64,000 nt of DNA from Nannocystis bainbridge (GTDB lineage Bacteria > Myxococcota_A > Polyangia > Nannocystales > Nannocystaceae), in contig NZ_JAQNDL010000003.1 in the NCBI RefSeq assembly GCF_028368995.1, forward strand, positions 2,880,001-2,944,000. Reading direction: 5' to 3'. The notes below the pieces were generated by a model. That model was not told the DNA's origin, searched no databases, and saw nothing but the letters and a program-made list of their open reading frames with translations. How positions within the stretch are numbered: position 1 is the first letter of the stretch; every line of letters starts with the position of its first letter. Both the position numbers and the translations under genes were made by a program. Positions 16,825-26,728 of this stretch are shown here, in pieces.

Positions 16825-19800
16825 GTGTCGTCGCAACGGAGTTCGTCCCCGCCGGTCGAGGTGCTGATCGTGACGGCGCTCCGGATGGAGCGTGATGCGG
16901 TCAAGGCGGTGAGCACTGGAGCGCTGGGCGTCTGGAGCGAGGAGCGTGTGCCGGGCACTGGGCTGCGAGTGGAACGGCGGTCGTTCGCTGCGGCAGACGG
17001 GGCGAGGCTGACCGTCGCGTTGATCTGCGCGGAGGACATGGGCGGGACGCAGACCGCAGGCGTCGCCGGCCCGGTCGTGATGGCGCTACGGCCGCGGTGT
17101 TTGGCGATGTGCGGGGTGCTGGCCGGGAAGCCGGGAGACACCGAGTTCGGCGACGTGGTGTTCGCCGACCAGTTGCTCCTCCACGACTCGGGGAAGCGAA
17201 CGGCGAAGGGCTTCCAGCACGGGACCCGGCCCCATGTCATGGATATCCGGTGGGTGGAGAAGGCGCGTGACTTCGCCGAGGATCCTGGCGACGCGCTCGC
17301 ATGGCTGCGCGGGCCGGACTGGACCGTCGATCAGCAGCGGGCGTGGCTGCTCGATCAGTTCGCGCGAGGGCGTGGCTCGCAAAGCCTCGGGCCGTTGCTC
17401 GCGGAGTGTTGCCCGGAGTACGAGAGCATCGTCGCGGGGCTGCTCGCGGAGGAGCTGGTCCATCCGGGGGACCAGCCGCTCACCGAGCAAGGCAAGAAGC
17501 ACGTCGACGCCGAGCGGTTCAAGTCGCAGCGCTGGCCGGGACTCGATCCACCGCGGCGCTCGCTGCGGGTCCATGTCGGGCCGATCGCCTCCGGCAACGC
17601 TGTGCAAGGGGACGAGGTGCTCTGGGATGAGCTCGAGACGTTCGCGCGCAAGGTGCTGGGCGTCGAGATGGAGGCCCACGCGGTCGCCAACACGGCGGAA
17701 CTCCTGCAGCTCGAGCTCGCGGTGGTCATGAAGGGCGTGATGGATCATGCCGACAAGCACAAGGACGACCGCTTCAAATCGTTCGCCGCGCGGGCCTCGG
17801 CAGAGTGCCTGCTCGCGTTCCTGCGGCGAAATAGCGCCACACGGGTACGAACGGGGTATGACGACATCCTGTCGCCGGGGACTGCGACGTTGCCGGACGA
17901 CCCGAGCCCGTCCCGCCTGCTACACCCGTCGTACGAGGTGGTGAAGTTCTTCCGGGCGGGGCGGAAGGACATCCTGGCCGAGCTAGACGAGTGGTGCACG
18001 ACCGGGAAGGCGGTGCAGGGGCGACTCGTCCACGGTCCGGGGGGATTCGGCAAGACCCGATTGGCGATCGAGTGGACACGTGACCTGCGCGAGCGCGGGT
18101 GGGCGGCCGGATTTCTTCACGCGCACGTTGTCGAGGACTGGTTCGACCGCGTGGTCGGACTCGGGATGCCGGTCGCCGTGGTGATCGACTACGCCGAGAG
18201 CCGCGCCGAACTACGGCAACTGCTCGCGCCAGTGCTTCAGTACGCGTCGGCCAGGGTGAAGTTGCCGGTGCGGATCCTGCTGCTCGCGCGTGGGGTAGAC
18301 GACTGGTGGCAGGCGCTGCTCGAGGGCGACGAGTCGCGGCGTGCGTTTCTCACAGCGGTACCGCCAGTACCGCTGCGACCGCTCGCCGACGGGTCGGAGG
18401 TGCGGGTGGAGGTGTTTCGTGCCGCCGCGGCCGAGTTCGCGGCGCGGCGCGGCCGGACGGCGCCGACGGTGTCCAGGGCGCTGACAGACCCGATCTTCGA
18501 TCGTGCCCTGTACATTCACATGGCGGCGCTCGCGGCGGTAGACGAGCTGGACCTACAACCGCCCCGGAAGGCAGAGGAGGAGCCGCTGTTGGCGGCGATC
18601 CTCGAGCACGAGGAGCGCTTCTGGGACGAACGGCAGAAGCGACACGACCGGCAGCACCGCCTCCACGTCGAGCGGGCGCGCCGGCTCGTGGCGGCCGCCA
18701 CCCTGCGCGGCGGCTTACCGACGCGTGAGGTGGCGAACGCCATCGGAACCCGGCTGAGGGCCGCGGACGAGGATCTGCTCATGCTGCTGCACGACGTGTA
18801 TGGCGCGCCGGGTAGCGGAGGCGGACCCGGGACCTACGTGGGTCCTCTCGAGCCCGACCTACTCGGCGAGGGCATGGTGCGGCGGACGTATCGGCGCATG
18901 GACGAGCCGCGGGAGAACTACATTGACGGGGTGTTCGAGGACGCCGACGCGGACCGTCTCCGCCATGGTTTTGAGGCTCTGGGGCGAGCTGCGGTGGGCG
19001 AGAAGCCGGTGGTCCGTCCGTGGATCGATCGACTGTTGGCGCGGGAGACGGCAACGCGGGCACTGCTCGCGTTCGCAGCGGCGAAGGCCGTCGGCCGGCG
19101 CACGGCCTTGTCTGTACTCGGCGATGCGTTGGCCGATGCGCTCGAGCGAGCCGGGGACGCACGTGTGGCCGCGGCTCTCGAACACGACGGAATTCCAACG
19201 CAGACGGTCACGCTTCGCCGCGTCGCGGTGTGGGTAAGCAGAGCGCTGCTGGCAGCGGCCCCGGATGGGGAGGAGGAGAACTTTCTCTCGCAGCGGGCTC
19301 ATGTCCTGAACAACCTCGGCAACAGGCAGAGCGAGGTCGGACAGCGGGAGGCGGCGCTCGCGTCGACGGCGGAGGCGGTGCGCATCTACGAGGAGCTGGC
19401 GAAGCGGAACCCGGACGCGTTCCAGCCGGACCTCGCCATGAGCCTGAACAACCTCGGCAACAGGCAGGGCGAGGTCGGGCAGCGGGAGGCGGCGCTCGTG
19501 TCGGTGGCGGAGGCGGTGCGCATCTTCGAGGAGCTGGCAAAGCGGAATCCAGACGCGTTCCAGCCGGACCTCGCCGCAAGCCTGAACAACCTCGGCGCTA
19601 TGCAGAGTGAGGTCGGGCAGCGGGAGGCGGCGCTCGTGTCGACGGTGGAATCGGTGCGCCTCCGTAGGGAGCTGGCGAAGCGGAACCCGGACGCGTTCCA
19701 GCCGGACCTCGCCGCAAGCCTGAACAACCTCGGCAACAGGCAGAGCGAGGTCGGGCAGCGGGAAGCGGCGCTCGCGGAGGCGGCGGAGGCGGTGCGCATC

Positions 19801-21360
19801 TACGAGGAGCTGGCGAAGCGGAACCCGGACGCGTTCCAGCCGGACCTCGCCGCAAGCCTGAACAACCTCGGCCCCATACAGAGCGGGGTCGGGCGGCGGG
19901 AGGAGGCGCTCGCGTCGGCGGCGGAGGCGGTGCGCATCTATGAGGAGCTAGCGAAGCGGAACCCGGACGCGTTCCAGCCGGACCTCGCCCTGAGCCTGAA
20001 CAACTTCAGCGCCATGCAGAGCGAGGTCGGGCAGCGGGAAGCGGCGCTCGCGTCGGTGGCGGAGTCGGTGCGCATCTACGAGGAGCTGGCGAAGCGGAAC
20101 CCGGACGCGTTCCAGCCGGACCTCGCCGCGAGCCTGAACAACCTCGGCAACAGGCAGAGCGAGGTCGGGCAGCGGAAAGCGGCGCTCGCGTCGGTGGCGG
20201 AGGCGGTGCGCCTCCGTAGGGAGTTGGCGAAGCGGAACCCGGACGCGTTCCAGCCGGACCTCGCCGCGAGCCTGAACAACCTTGGCATCATGCAGAGCGA
20301 GGTCGGGCAGCCGGAGGCGGCGCTCACGTCGGCTGCGGAGGGGGTGCGCGTCTACGAGGAGCTGGCGAAGCGGAACCCGGACGCATTCCACCCGGACCTC
20401 GCCGCGAGCCTGAGCAACCTCGGCAACAGACAGAGCCAGGTCGGGCAGCCAGAGGCGGCGCTCGCGTCGGTGGCGGAGGCGGTGCGCATCTACGAGGAGC
20501 TGGCGAAGCGGAACCCGGACGCGTTCCAACCGCACCTCGCCGCGAGCCTGAACAACCTCGGCAACAGGCAGAGCGAGGCCGGGCGGCGGGAGGCAGCGCT
20601 CGCGTCGGTGGCGGAGGCGGTGCGCATCCGTAGGGAACTGGCGAAACGGAACCCGGACGCGTTCCAGCCGGGCCTCGCCATCAGCCTGAACAACCTCGGC
20701 ATTATGCAGAGCGAGGTCGGCCAGCCGGAAGTGGCGCTCGCGTCGGCTGCGGAGGGGGTGCGCATCTACGAGGAGCTGGCGAAGGGGAACCCGGGTGTGT
20801 TCCACCCGGAACTCGCCGCGAGCCTGAACAACCTCGGCTCAAGGCAGAGCGAGGTCGGCCAGCGGGAGGCGGCGCTCGAGTCGGTGGCGGAGGCGGTGCG
20901 CATCTACGAGGAGCTGGCAAAGCAGAACCCGGACGCGTTCCAGCCGCACCTCGCCATGAGCCTGAACAACCTCGGCGCCATGCAGAGCGAGGTCGGCCAG
21001 CGGGAGGCAGCGCTCGCATCGATGGCGGAGGCGGTGCGCATCCGTAGGGAGCTGGCGAAGCGGAACCCGGACGCGTTCCAGCCGCACCTCGCCATGAGCC
21101 TGAACAACCTCGGCGCCATGCAGAGCGAGGTCGGCCAGCGGGAGGCGGCGCTCGCGTCAGCAGCGGAGACGTTTGACCTGTACTGGCCGCACTTCGCTGC
21201 ACACCCCGAAAACTTCGCGCGAAACATGATGATCTCGCTGCGGAATCTCCTCCGACGACAGCGCGACGCGGGACTAGCTCCGGACGCGGCGCTGCTCGAG
21301 CGTGTCGGCGTCCTCCGCGGGTTGGGCCTCGACATGCCGCTCGATTTGGATAGCGGATGA
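16825..21360 (+). CDS. NLR-like protein: purine nucleoside phosphorylase (PNP_UDP) effector + STAND P-loop NTPase + TPR repeats
   Basis: PNP motifs (LIVTALRMERDAV, LAMCGVLAG…GDVV, GPIASGNAV, GVEMEA, KGVMDHAD), Walker A GPGGFGKT, Walker B VVIDYAE, and 14 TPR-like units. Confidence 0.9.
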   Translation: MSSQRSSSPPVEVLIVTALRMERDAVKAVSTGALGVWSEERVPGTGLRVERRSFAAADGARLTVALICAEDMGGTQTAGVAGPVVMALRPRCLAMCGVLAGKPGDTEFGDVVFADQLLLHDSGKRTAKGFQHGTRPHVMDIRWVEKARDFAEDPGDALAWLRGPDWTVDQQRAWLLDQFARGRGSQSLGPLLAECCPEYESIVAGLLAEELVHPGDQPLTEQGKKHVDAERFKSQRWPGLDPPRRSLRVHVGPIASGNAVQGDEVLWDELETFARKVLGVEMEAHAVANTAELLQLELAVVMKGVMDHADKHKDDRFKSFAARASAECLLAFLRRNSATRVRTGYDDILSPGTATLPDDPSPSRLLHPSYEVVKFFRAGRKDILAELDEWCTTGKAVQGRLVHGPGGFGKTRLAIEWTRDLRERGWAAGFLHAHVVEDWFDRVVGLGMPVAVVIDYAESRAELRQLLAPVLQYASARVKLPVRILLLARGVDDWWQALLEGDESRRAFLTAVPPVPLRPLADGSEVRVEVFRAAAAEFAARRGRTAPTVSRALTDPIFDRALYIHMAALAAVDELDLQPPRKAEEEPLLAAILEHEERFWDERQKRHDRQHRLHVERARRLVAAATLRGGLPTREVANAIGTRLRAADEDLLMLLHDVYGAPGSGGGPGTYVGPLEPDLLGEGMVRRTYRRMDEPRENYIDGVFEDADADRLRHGFEALGRAAVGEKPVVRPWIDRLLARETATRALLAFAAAKAVGRRTALSVLGDALADALERAGDARVAAALEHDGIPTQTVTLRRVAVWVSRALLAAAPDGEEENFLSQRAHVLNNLGNRQSEVGQREAALASTAEAVRIYEELAKRNPDAFQPDLAMSLNNLGNRQGEVGQREAALVSVAEAVRIFEELAKRNPDAFQPDLAASLNNLGAMQSEVGQREAALVSTVESVRLRRELAKRNPDAFQPDLAASLNNLGNRQSEVGQREAALAEAAEAVRIYEELAKRNPDAFQPDLAASLNNLGPIQSGVGRREEALASAAEAVRIYEELAKRNPDAFQPDLALSLNNFSAMQSEVGQREAALASVAESVRIYEELAKRNPDAFQPDLAASLNNLGNRQSEVGQRKAALASVAEAVRLRRELAKRNPDAFQPDLAASLNNLGIMQSEVGQPEAALTSAAEGVRVYEELAKRNPDAFHPDLAASLSNLGNRQSQVGQPEAALASVAEAVRIYEELAKRNPDAFQPHLAASLNNLGNRQSEAGRREAALASVAEAVRIRRELAKRNPDAFQPGLAISLNNLGIMQSEVGQPEVALASAAEGVRIYEELAKGNPGVFHPELAASLNNLGSRQSEVGQREAALESVAEAVRIYEELAKQNPDAFQPHLAMSLNNLGAMQSEVGQREAALASMAEAVRIRRELAKRNPDAFQPHLAMSLNNLGAMQSEVGQREAALASAAETFDLYWPHFAAHPENFARNMMISLRNLLRRQRDAGLAPDAALLERVGVLRGLGLDMPLDLDSG
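19306..21170 (+). repeat. Tandem 138-bp (46-aa) TPR repeats, 13 full + 1 partial
   Basis: The CTGAACAACCTCGGC-type unit start recurs at 19306, 19444 … 21100 (period 138), nearly identical at DNA level. Confidence 0.95.
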
Positions 21361-21922
21361 GCCCATACATGGCCGCGGGGACAGATGACGACAAGGCCGA
21401 GTTGGTCGGCGCGGCAGCGCCTGTCCTTTCTTTCGACGGTGGACGTTCTGCTCGTCTCGACGGTTCGCAGGCCGGCGGTCCCAAAGCTTGTTTAAGCGGG
21501 GAGTGCATGCGATCGGCGACTTCATCGCCGCGCCGGGCGCTCGCCCGCTGCCGACCTACCCGAAGCGCACGCGGCCTCGGCCTGATCGCCAGGACTCACC
21601 CTCGGCTGCGTATGCTGAGTCGCCGCGATGACTCGAACTAGCATGACCGAGTAGACATGCCCCAATGGACAGTATGGAGCGCCAGCGCGCGATACTCCTG
21701 ATGCCCCATGGGGACTCGGTCCCGATGTCCAGGCAGCCGGCAATGGTCCGTAGTCGGCCCCGAGGCTGGCGGCATTCCGGGGGGTCTGCGTTGACGCGTC
21801 GAGTTATGCGCGGTCGTGAGATCTCCAGCTCCGGGTCGAAATTGGTTCAACTTTGGTACGAATTCCTGTCGAGCGGGATCAAAGTGACGAATTCGCGGGA
21901 ATTGAGCCCACCTGCATAGCCT

Positions 21923-22579
21923 ATGGCCGACATCGACAACGACGGCCAGGCCGACATCGTCGTCGTCTCCAACGCCTACGGCAAGAACGACCCGAGCATC
22001 AGTTGCGTCGAGGACGGCGTCAGCGGTCAGTCCGGCGTGCGCGTGTTCGGCACCGCCGGCGGCAAGTGGGTGCGCACGCGCCGGGTCTGGAATCAGCACA
22101 CTTATCATATCACCAATGTCAACGAGGACGGCACGATCCCCGCAGGCGAGGAGCCCAACTGGACCGTCCCGGACTTCAACAACTTCCGCCAGAACAAGCA
22201 GCCCGACAGCGAGCGCGGCGCCCCCGACGCGATCGTCGCCATCGCCCCGCTGTGCGAGGAGAGCGACTACTCCTTGACCGCCACCGTCCGCAACATCGGC
22301 GAGGCCCCGCTCCCGCCTGGCGTCGTCGTCGGCTTCTACACCGGCGTCCCCGACACCGGCATGAAGATCGGCGAGCTCGTCACCACCAAGGCCCTCTACC
22401 CGCTCGAGTCCGAGACCCTCAAGCTCCCGTTCAACGACGCCCCCGCCGACGTCAAGAACGGCATCGTCGACATCTACGCCATCGTCGACGATACCATGGT
22501 CCCGCACCCCGAATGGCAGGAGTGCCGCATCGACAACAACACCGGCACCAGCACCGGCAAGTGCCTCATCGCCGGCTGA
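21923..22579 (+). pseudogene. 5'-truncated FG-GAP + CARDB-like surface protein (C-terminal fragment)
   Basis: Starts mid FG-GAP motif (ADIDNDGQADIVVVSN); RRVWNQHTYHITNVNEDG..P motif; CARDB-like ATVRNIGEA…ECRIDNN. Very high GC3 begins abruptly after an AT-richer tract. Confidence 0.7.
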
Positions 22580-22633
22580 GGCCCGGCGTCACGGCCGGGC
22601 CAGCGCTGCCGCTCGCCCGGCCTCGACGGCTTC
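22514..22633 (+). repeat. Direct repeat copy 1 (3' end of the FG-GAP gene + downstream bases)
   Basis: TGGCAGGAGTGCCGcATCGACAACAACACCGGCACCAGCACCGGC…GCCGGCTGAGGCCCGGC…GGCTTC matches 24557-24667. Confidence 0.9.
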
Positions 22634-22753
22634 GACAAACACCGCCCCGCGTCACGCTGGCCTCGCCGCCCCCGGTGTGCTCAGCGTCAACAACATTTCC
22701 GGGTGGTCGGCGCCGGCGATGGCGCCGGGCCCGGCATCCGCCGGAGCCTCTGA

Positions 22754-24058
22754 TCACAGCACCGCGGCGACGGCCCGGCGGTCCGCTCGCGCCGTGGGGG
22801 CCAGAAATCCCTCGAGCTCCTGGTCCAGGCAGACCGTTCGAACGGCGCGCAATATGTCCTGTTGCTCCGGGGTGTCCGCCGCGAAGCCGTCCGCAAACAG
22901 CCGCTCCCAGCGCTGGACGGCGCCGCAGCGGATGAACCTGAGCATATATTCATCGAAGGTCAGGCATATGCGATGGAGCGACCGCTCGGAGTAGTTCCAG
23001 TGATACAGCGGATAGCGGTCCACGGCCGCCAGATCGATGAAGATCGGGTATTCGCCGTGGACGAGCACCCGGTACTGGCCCTCGGGGCGCCCGTTCAGCC
23101 GAATATCTCCGAGGTATTCCGCGACGAGAGACTCTTTACGCCAGAACAGGTCCATATAGCCGGAGATGCGTGAGTCCGCGAACAGACCGTCTCTGCGCCA
23201 CGAGAAGACCGTCCCGTCGAGCTGGCGATAGAAGTTCAGCACACCCGCCGGCACGGGATGTCCGAGGATCAAGTGCGCGGCGATCGTCTCGCTCGACATC
23301 GGCGCGCCACCGTCCATCATCGGCCTCCCCTTCCCGGTCCTCCCGGGTCGCATCCACTCGCGGGCGGCCACGGCCTGCGCGAGCTCGGCGTGCCAGTCGA
23401 CCCCCGGCGAGGTCGCCACCAGGAGCCCGGCGACCTCGCGCTCCAGCGCCGCGAAAGATCCGGGCAGGCCGAGCTCGCGGCGAGCGGCGTCGGCGACGAG
23501 TAGCGGCCATAACGGCGCCCCGGCGCAGCGGATCGCCAGCGCGAGGTACTCCTCCAGCCGAAACGGCAGCGTCCAGCGCTTCGTATCCAGCGCGAGCACC
23601 AGCTCATAGCTGCCCTCCGTGAGTCGCGCGCACGTGTGCACATGGTGCCCACGATGCGAGGTGCACGCGAGCGGGAGCAGGCCTTCGCGCAGCAGCGGGT
23701 CCTGCGTCGGGTGAGCGGCGTGCCGGGCCAGCGCGTCCGCCAGCGCCTTGACCGCCAGGAGCTGGATCTGACCGCCGGGCCAGCGCAGTCGCATGCGATT
23801 GACGGCGACGAGGCCGTCGCGGAGGTCGTCGGGCAGCGCGGGCAGCTGGTCGCACAGCGCCTGCAGGTCGGCACGCGCGACCTTCCTCGGCGGGAGGTAC
23901 TCACAGCCGGTCACCGCCGCGAGCGCGACGCCCGGCGGCGGACCGAGGCCCGAGGGACCACGAAGCGCGGTGAGTAGATCGTTGAGCGACACCGGCGCGA
24001 GACTGGCACGTCGCGCCTGCGCCGGGAACAGGATCATCCTCCCCGGGTCGACGAGCAT
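22754..24058 (-). CDS. Tandem SMI1/KNR4 (SUKH)-like domain protein, orphan immunity-like
   Basis: Two SUKH-like motifs: LPALPDDLRDGLVAVNRMRLRW…LPFRLEEYL and LGHPVPAGVLNFYRQLDGTVFSW…YPLYHW…ICLTFDEYM. Start uncertain (24058/24037/23992). Confidence 0.6.
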   Translation of the reverse strand: MLVDPGRMILFPAQARRASLAPVSLNDLLTALRGPSGLGPPPGVALAAVTGCEYLPPRKVARADLQALCDQLPALPDDLRDGLVAVNRMRLRWPGGQIQLLAVKALADALARHAAHPTQDPLLREGLLPLACTSHRGHHVHTCARLTEGSYELVLALDTKRWTLPFRLEEYLALAIRCAGAPLWPLLVADAARRELGLPGSFAALEREVAGLLVATSPGVDWHAELAQAVAAREWMRPGRTGKGRPMMDGGAPMSSETIAAHLILGHPVPAGVLNFYRQLDGTVFSWRRDGLFADSRISGYMDLFWRKESLVAEYLGDIRLNGRPEGQYRVLVHGEYPIFIDLAAVDRYPLYHWNYSERSLHRICLTFDEYMLRFIRCGAVQRWERLFADGFAADTPEQQDILRAVRTVCLDQELEGFLAPTARADRRAVAAVL

Positions 24059-24105
24059 ATGCGTGAGTCCAGGCACCCTGCGGACCGGTGAGACCGGCGC
24101 GCCGG

Positions 24106-24500
24106 TCAGAGGCCGAATTGTGCGAGCACGAGGGTCTTCTTGCCGGACGTGCCGACGAGCACACCGTCGAGTTTGACCTTGCCGTTGACTGTGATTGCGA
24201 CGATCGCCGCGCCGTCTGGCCCGGCGATGGCTGTGGCCACCGAGGACACGTCGTTGGGTATGGTCGGCGAGCAGCGCGGAGCTCCACACGTGCGAGCCGT
24301 CCGCCGCGAGCTGCGCGAGCGTGGCGGCTCCATAGATGATTGCCGTCGGCGTCGAGCTGGGCGAGCAACACATCGCCCAGCCGTTGGAGTACAGCACGCC
24401 ACCGCCGAGGTCGATGCCCGGGCCGTACAGCGTGCCTGCGAGCCACATCCGGCCATCGCCGACGGGGGCGACGAAGAGCGGCAATTCGCTCGCAGTGCCA
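24106..24500 (-). pseudogene. Frameshifted fragment of an SBBP-like beta-propeller protein
   Basis: Blade motifs are split over three frames: LAGTLYGPGIDLGGGVL / DVLLAQLDADGNHLWS / AQLAADGSHVWS / …GKVKLDG…LVLAQFGL*. Confidence 0.5.
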
Positions 24501-24556
24501 TGATTGAGGCCGACATGGCGGTGGGCCCACCTGGGCTCGATGGTTTGCGATCGAGG

Positions 24557-24667
24557 TGGCAGGAGTGCCGGATCGACAACAACACCGGCACCAGCACCGG
24601 CAGTGCCTCGTCGCCGGCTGAGGCCCGGCCTGGCCAGCGCCACCGCTCGCCCCGCCTCGTCGGCTTC
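24557..24667 (+). repeat. Direct repeat copy 2 (degenerate duplicate of the FG-GAP gene 3' end)
   Basis: Encodes WQECRIDNNTGTSTG again, with a 1-nt deletion and a short deletion after the stop. Confidence 0.9.
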
Positions 24668-24780
24668 ACAGGAGGTCGACGCGGACCCGGCGGCCGCGCC
24701 GCTCGCGGGAGCGCGACCGCGTCCTGCTCGTCCGGGCGACCCGGGCGCGGCGCTGCGGAGGAGCGTGTTAGCATGGCCGC

Positions 24781-24993
24781 ATGAGCGTCCATCGCGTCGA
24801 CAACCAGGACGAACGGCAGGACATCTGGCGTCGCGTCTACGCCCAGGTGTTCGCCTCGGCTTTCATGCAGAGGCTGTCCGACCCGAGCTTCCTGGGCGAC
24901 AAGCCGCTGGATGAACTCGCCCAGGACGCCGCAGACCTGGCCATCGCCAATATCCCGACGACGCGCCCGGTCACCCCGGGGCCGATGGTCTAG
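24781..24993 (+). CDS. Small hypothetical protein (70 aa)
   Basis: GC3-biased codons, helical sequence, GGAGGAG upstream; stop overlaps the convergent GST stop. Confidence 0.55.
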   Translation: MSVHRVDNQDERQDIWRRVYAQVFASAFMQRLSDPSFLGDKPLDELAQDAADLAIANIPTTRPVTPGPMV

Positions 24994-25622
24994 CTGACCG
25001 CGGCCTCCGCCATCAATCCCGCGTCCAGCTCGGCGGCACGAGCGAAGGCCGGATGCGCGGCGACACGGTCGATGTAAGCGCGGATCTCCGGCAGCGCGGG
25101 CACGATCCCGAAACCCGTGGTCCAGCGCAGCGCGCTGCCCCACAGCACGTCGGCGGCGCTGAAACGGTCGCCGAGCAGGTAATCGCCGCGCCCGAGCTGC
25201 TCGACCAGCGTCTTCAGCATCGCATCGTAGCTGCCGTAACCAGCGGTCGAGGCCTCGATGTCCGGGCGCTTCATCGCGTGGTCGACCACCGCGGGTTCGA
25301 AGCTCGAGCCATAGAACGCGATCCAGCGCAGATAGGGGCCACGACGTGGATCGTCGAGGGCCGGCGCCAGCCCGGCCGCCGGGAACAGGTCGGCCAGGTA
25401 GATGTAAATCGCGACCTGCTCGGTCACCACCGCGTCGCGGTACCGGATGGTCGGCAGTTTGCCCAGCGGATTGAGCGCGAGGAACTCCGGCGTGCGGTTC
25501 GCCCCGGCCTTGAGGTCGATGAATCGCACTTCGTACGGTGCTCCGAGCGCTTCGAGCAGCACGCGCACGCCGGCCGAACGCGATTGTGGATTGTGAAAGA
25601 GGGTGATGATCGACTCGGTCAT
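24990..25622 (-). CDS. Glutathione S-transferase family protein
   Basis: TLFHNPQSRS…FLALNPLGKLPTI…TEQVAIYIYLAD…YLLGDRFSAADV. Confidence 0.93.
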   Translation of the reverse strand: MTESIITLFHNPQSRSAGVRVLLEALGAPYEVRFIDLKAGANRTPEFLALNPLGKLPTIRYRDAVVTEQVAIYIYLADLFPAAGLAPALDDPRRGPYLRWIAFYGSSFEPAVVDHAMKRPDIEASTAGYGSYDAMLKTLVEQLGRGDYLLGDRFSAADVLWGSALRWTTGFGIVPALPEIRAYIDRVAAHPAFARAAELDAGLMAEAAVS

Positions 25623-25678
25623 GGTGGATCTTTCGGGGGGTGGGGGTTGAAGCGCGAGGAGAGAGTAGCGCCCATTGC

Positions 25679-25693
25679 GGACAGATTCTGTCC
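25679..25693. promoter_or_regulatory. Palindromic operator candidate for the divergent WYL regulator
   Basis: GGACAGA-T-TCTGTCC inverted repeat in the divergent GST/WYL intergenic region. Confidence 0.6.
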
Positions 25694-25708
25694 TCGATAG
25701 CCTCGGGC

Positions 25709-26728
25709 ATGCTCTCCACCTCGGCCCGCCTGCTGCGCCTCGCCAGTCTGCTGCAATCGCGCCGCCACTGGTCGGGAGCGGCGCTGGCGGAGACTCTGGA
25801 GGTGGACACGCGGACCGTGCGGCGCGACGTCGATCGCCTGCGTGAACTCGGTTACCCGGTCGAGGCCTCGGCCGGCATCGGTGGCGGCTACGCCCTCGGC
25901 CGCGGCGCCGATCTGCCGCCGCTGGTGCTCGACGACGACGAGGCGGTGGCGCTGGCGATGTCGCTGCGCGTCGCCACCGCGTCCATCGGCGGCATCGAGG
26001 ACACCGCGCTGCGCCTGCTCGCGAAGCTCGACCAACTGTTGCCGGCGCGACTGCAGCGGCGCGCGTCGGCGTTGCATGCTGTGACGATCGCGCTGCGCAT
26101 GGGCGAGCCGCTGGCGAATGCCGACATGCTGACCGGCATCGCGACCGCATGTCGCGATTGCCTGACCCTGGAGTTCGCCTATCGCAATCATCGCGGCGAC
26201 GCGAGTCGTCGGCGGGTCGAACCCCTGCGCATCGCGAGCTACGGCCGGCGCTGGTACCTGATCGCCTGGGATCTTTCACGCAGCGACTGGCGCACGTTCC
26301 GGGTCGACCGCATCGTGGCCCGGCCGATCACCGGCCCCGTCTTCGCGGCGCGCACACAACCGGCCGATGTCGCTGCGCACATCGAGCGCGGGATCACCTA
26401 CGCGCCGTTCGCCTGCCGGGTGACGCTGCGACTGAAAGGGAGCGCGACCACGCTCGCGTCCCGCATTCCCACCTGGTGCGGGATCCTCGAACCGGACGGC
26501 GCCCGCCACAGCCTGCTGCGAGTCGGGGCCGACAGCATCGAAGCGCTGCTCGCTCAGCTCGCGATGGTGGGGCAGGACGCGGAGCTGATCGAAGGGCAGG
26601 AGCTCGTGCCGCAGATGGAGTCGGTGCTGAGCCGGCTCGGTGCGACCCTCGCATCGGGCGTCGCACGCACGCAGGCGACGACGAAGGCCCGGCGGTCGGA
26701 GCCGCCGAGCCGTGCGCAGCGACGCTGA
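25709..26728 (+). CDS. YafY-family HTH-WYL transcriptional regulator
   Basis: TSARLLRLASLLQ…LAETLEVDTRTVRRDVDRLRELGYPV…GGGY; RRWYLIAWD…DWRTFRVDRI. Confidence 0.93.
   Translation: MLSTSARLLRLASLLQSRRHWSGAALAETLEVDTRTVRRDVDRLRELGYPVEASAGIGGGYALGRGADLPPLVLDDDEAVALAMSLRVATASIGGIEDTALRLLAKLDQLLPARLQRRASALHAVTIALRMGEPLANADMLTGIATACRDCLTLEFAYRNHRGDASRRRVEPLRIASYGRRWYLIAWDLSRSDWRTFRVDRIVARPITGPVFAARTQPADVAAHIERGITYAPFACRVTLRLKGSATTLASRIPTWCGILEPDGARHSLLRVGADSIEALLAQLAMVGQDAELIEGQELVPQMESVLSRLGATLASGVARTQATTKARRSEPPSRAQRR

Noticed and set aside
25679-25693. GGACA-N5-TGTCC as a member of the dispersed palindrome family
   Set aside because: Opposite arm order and different spacing; better explained as the WYL regulator operator.
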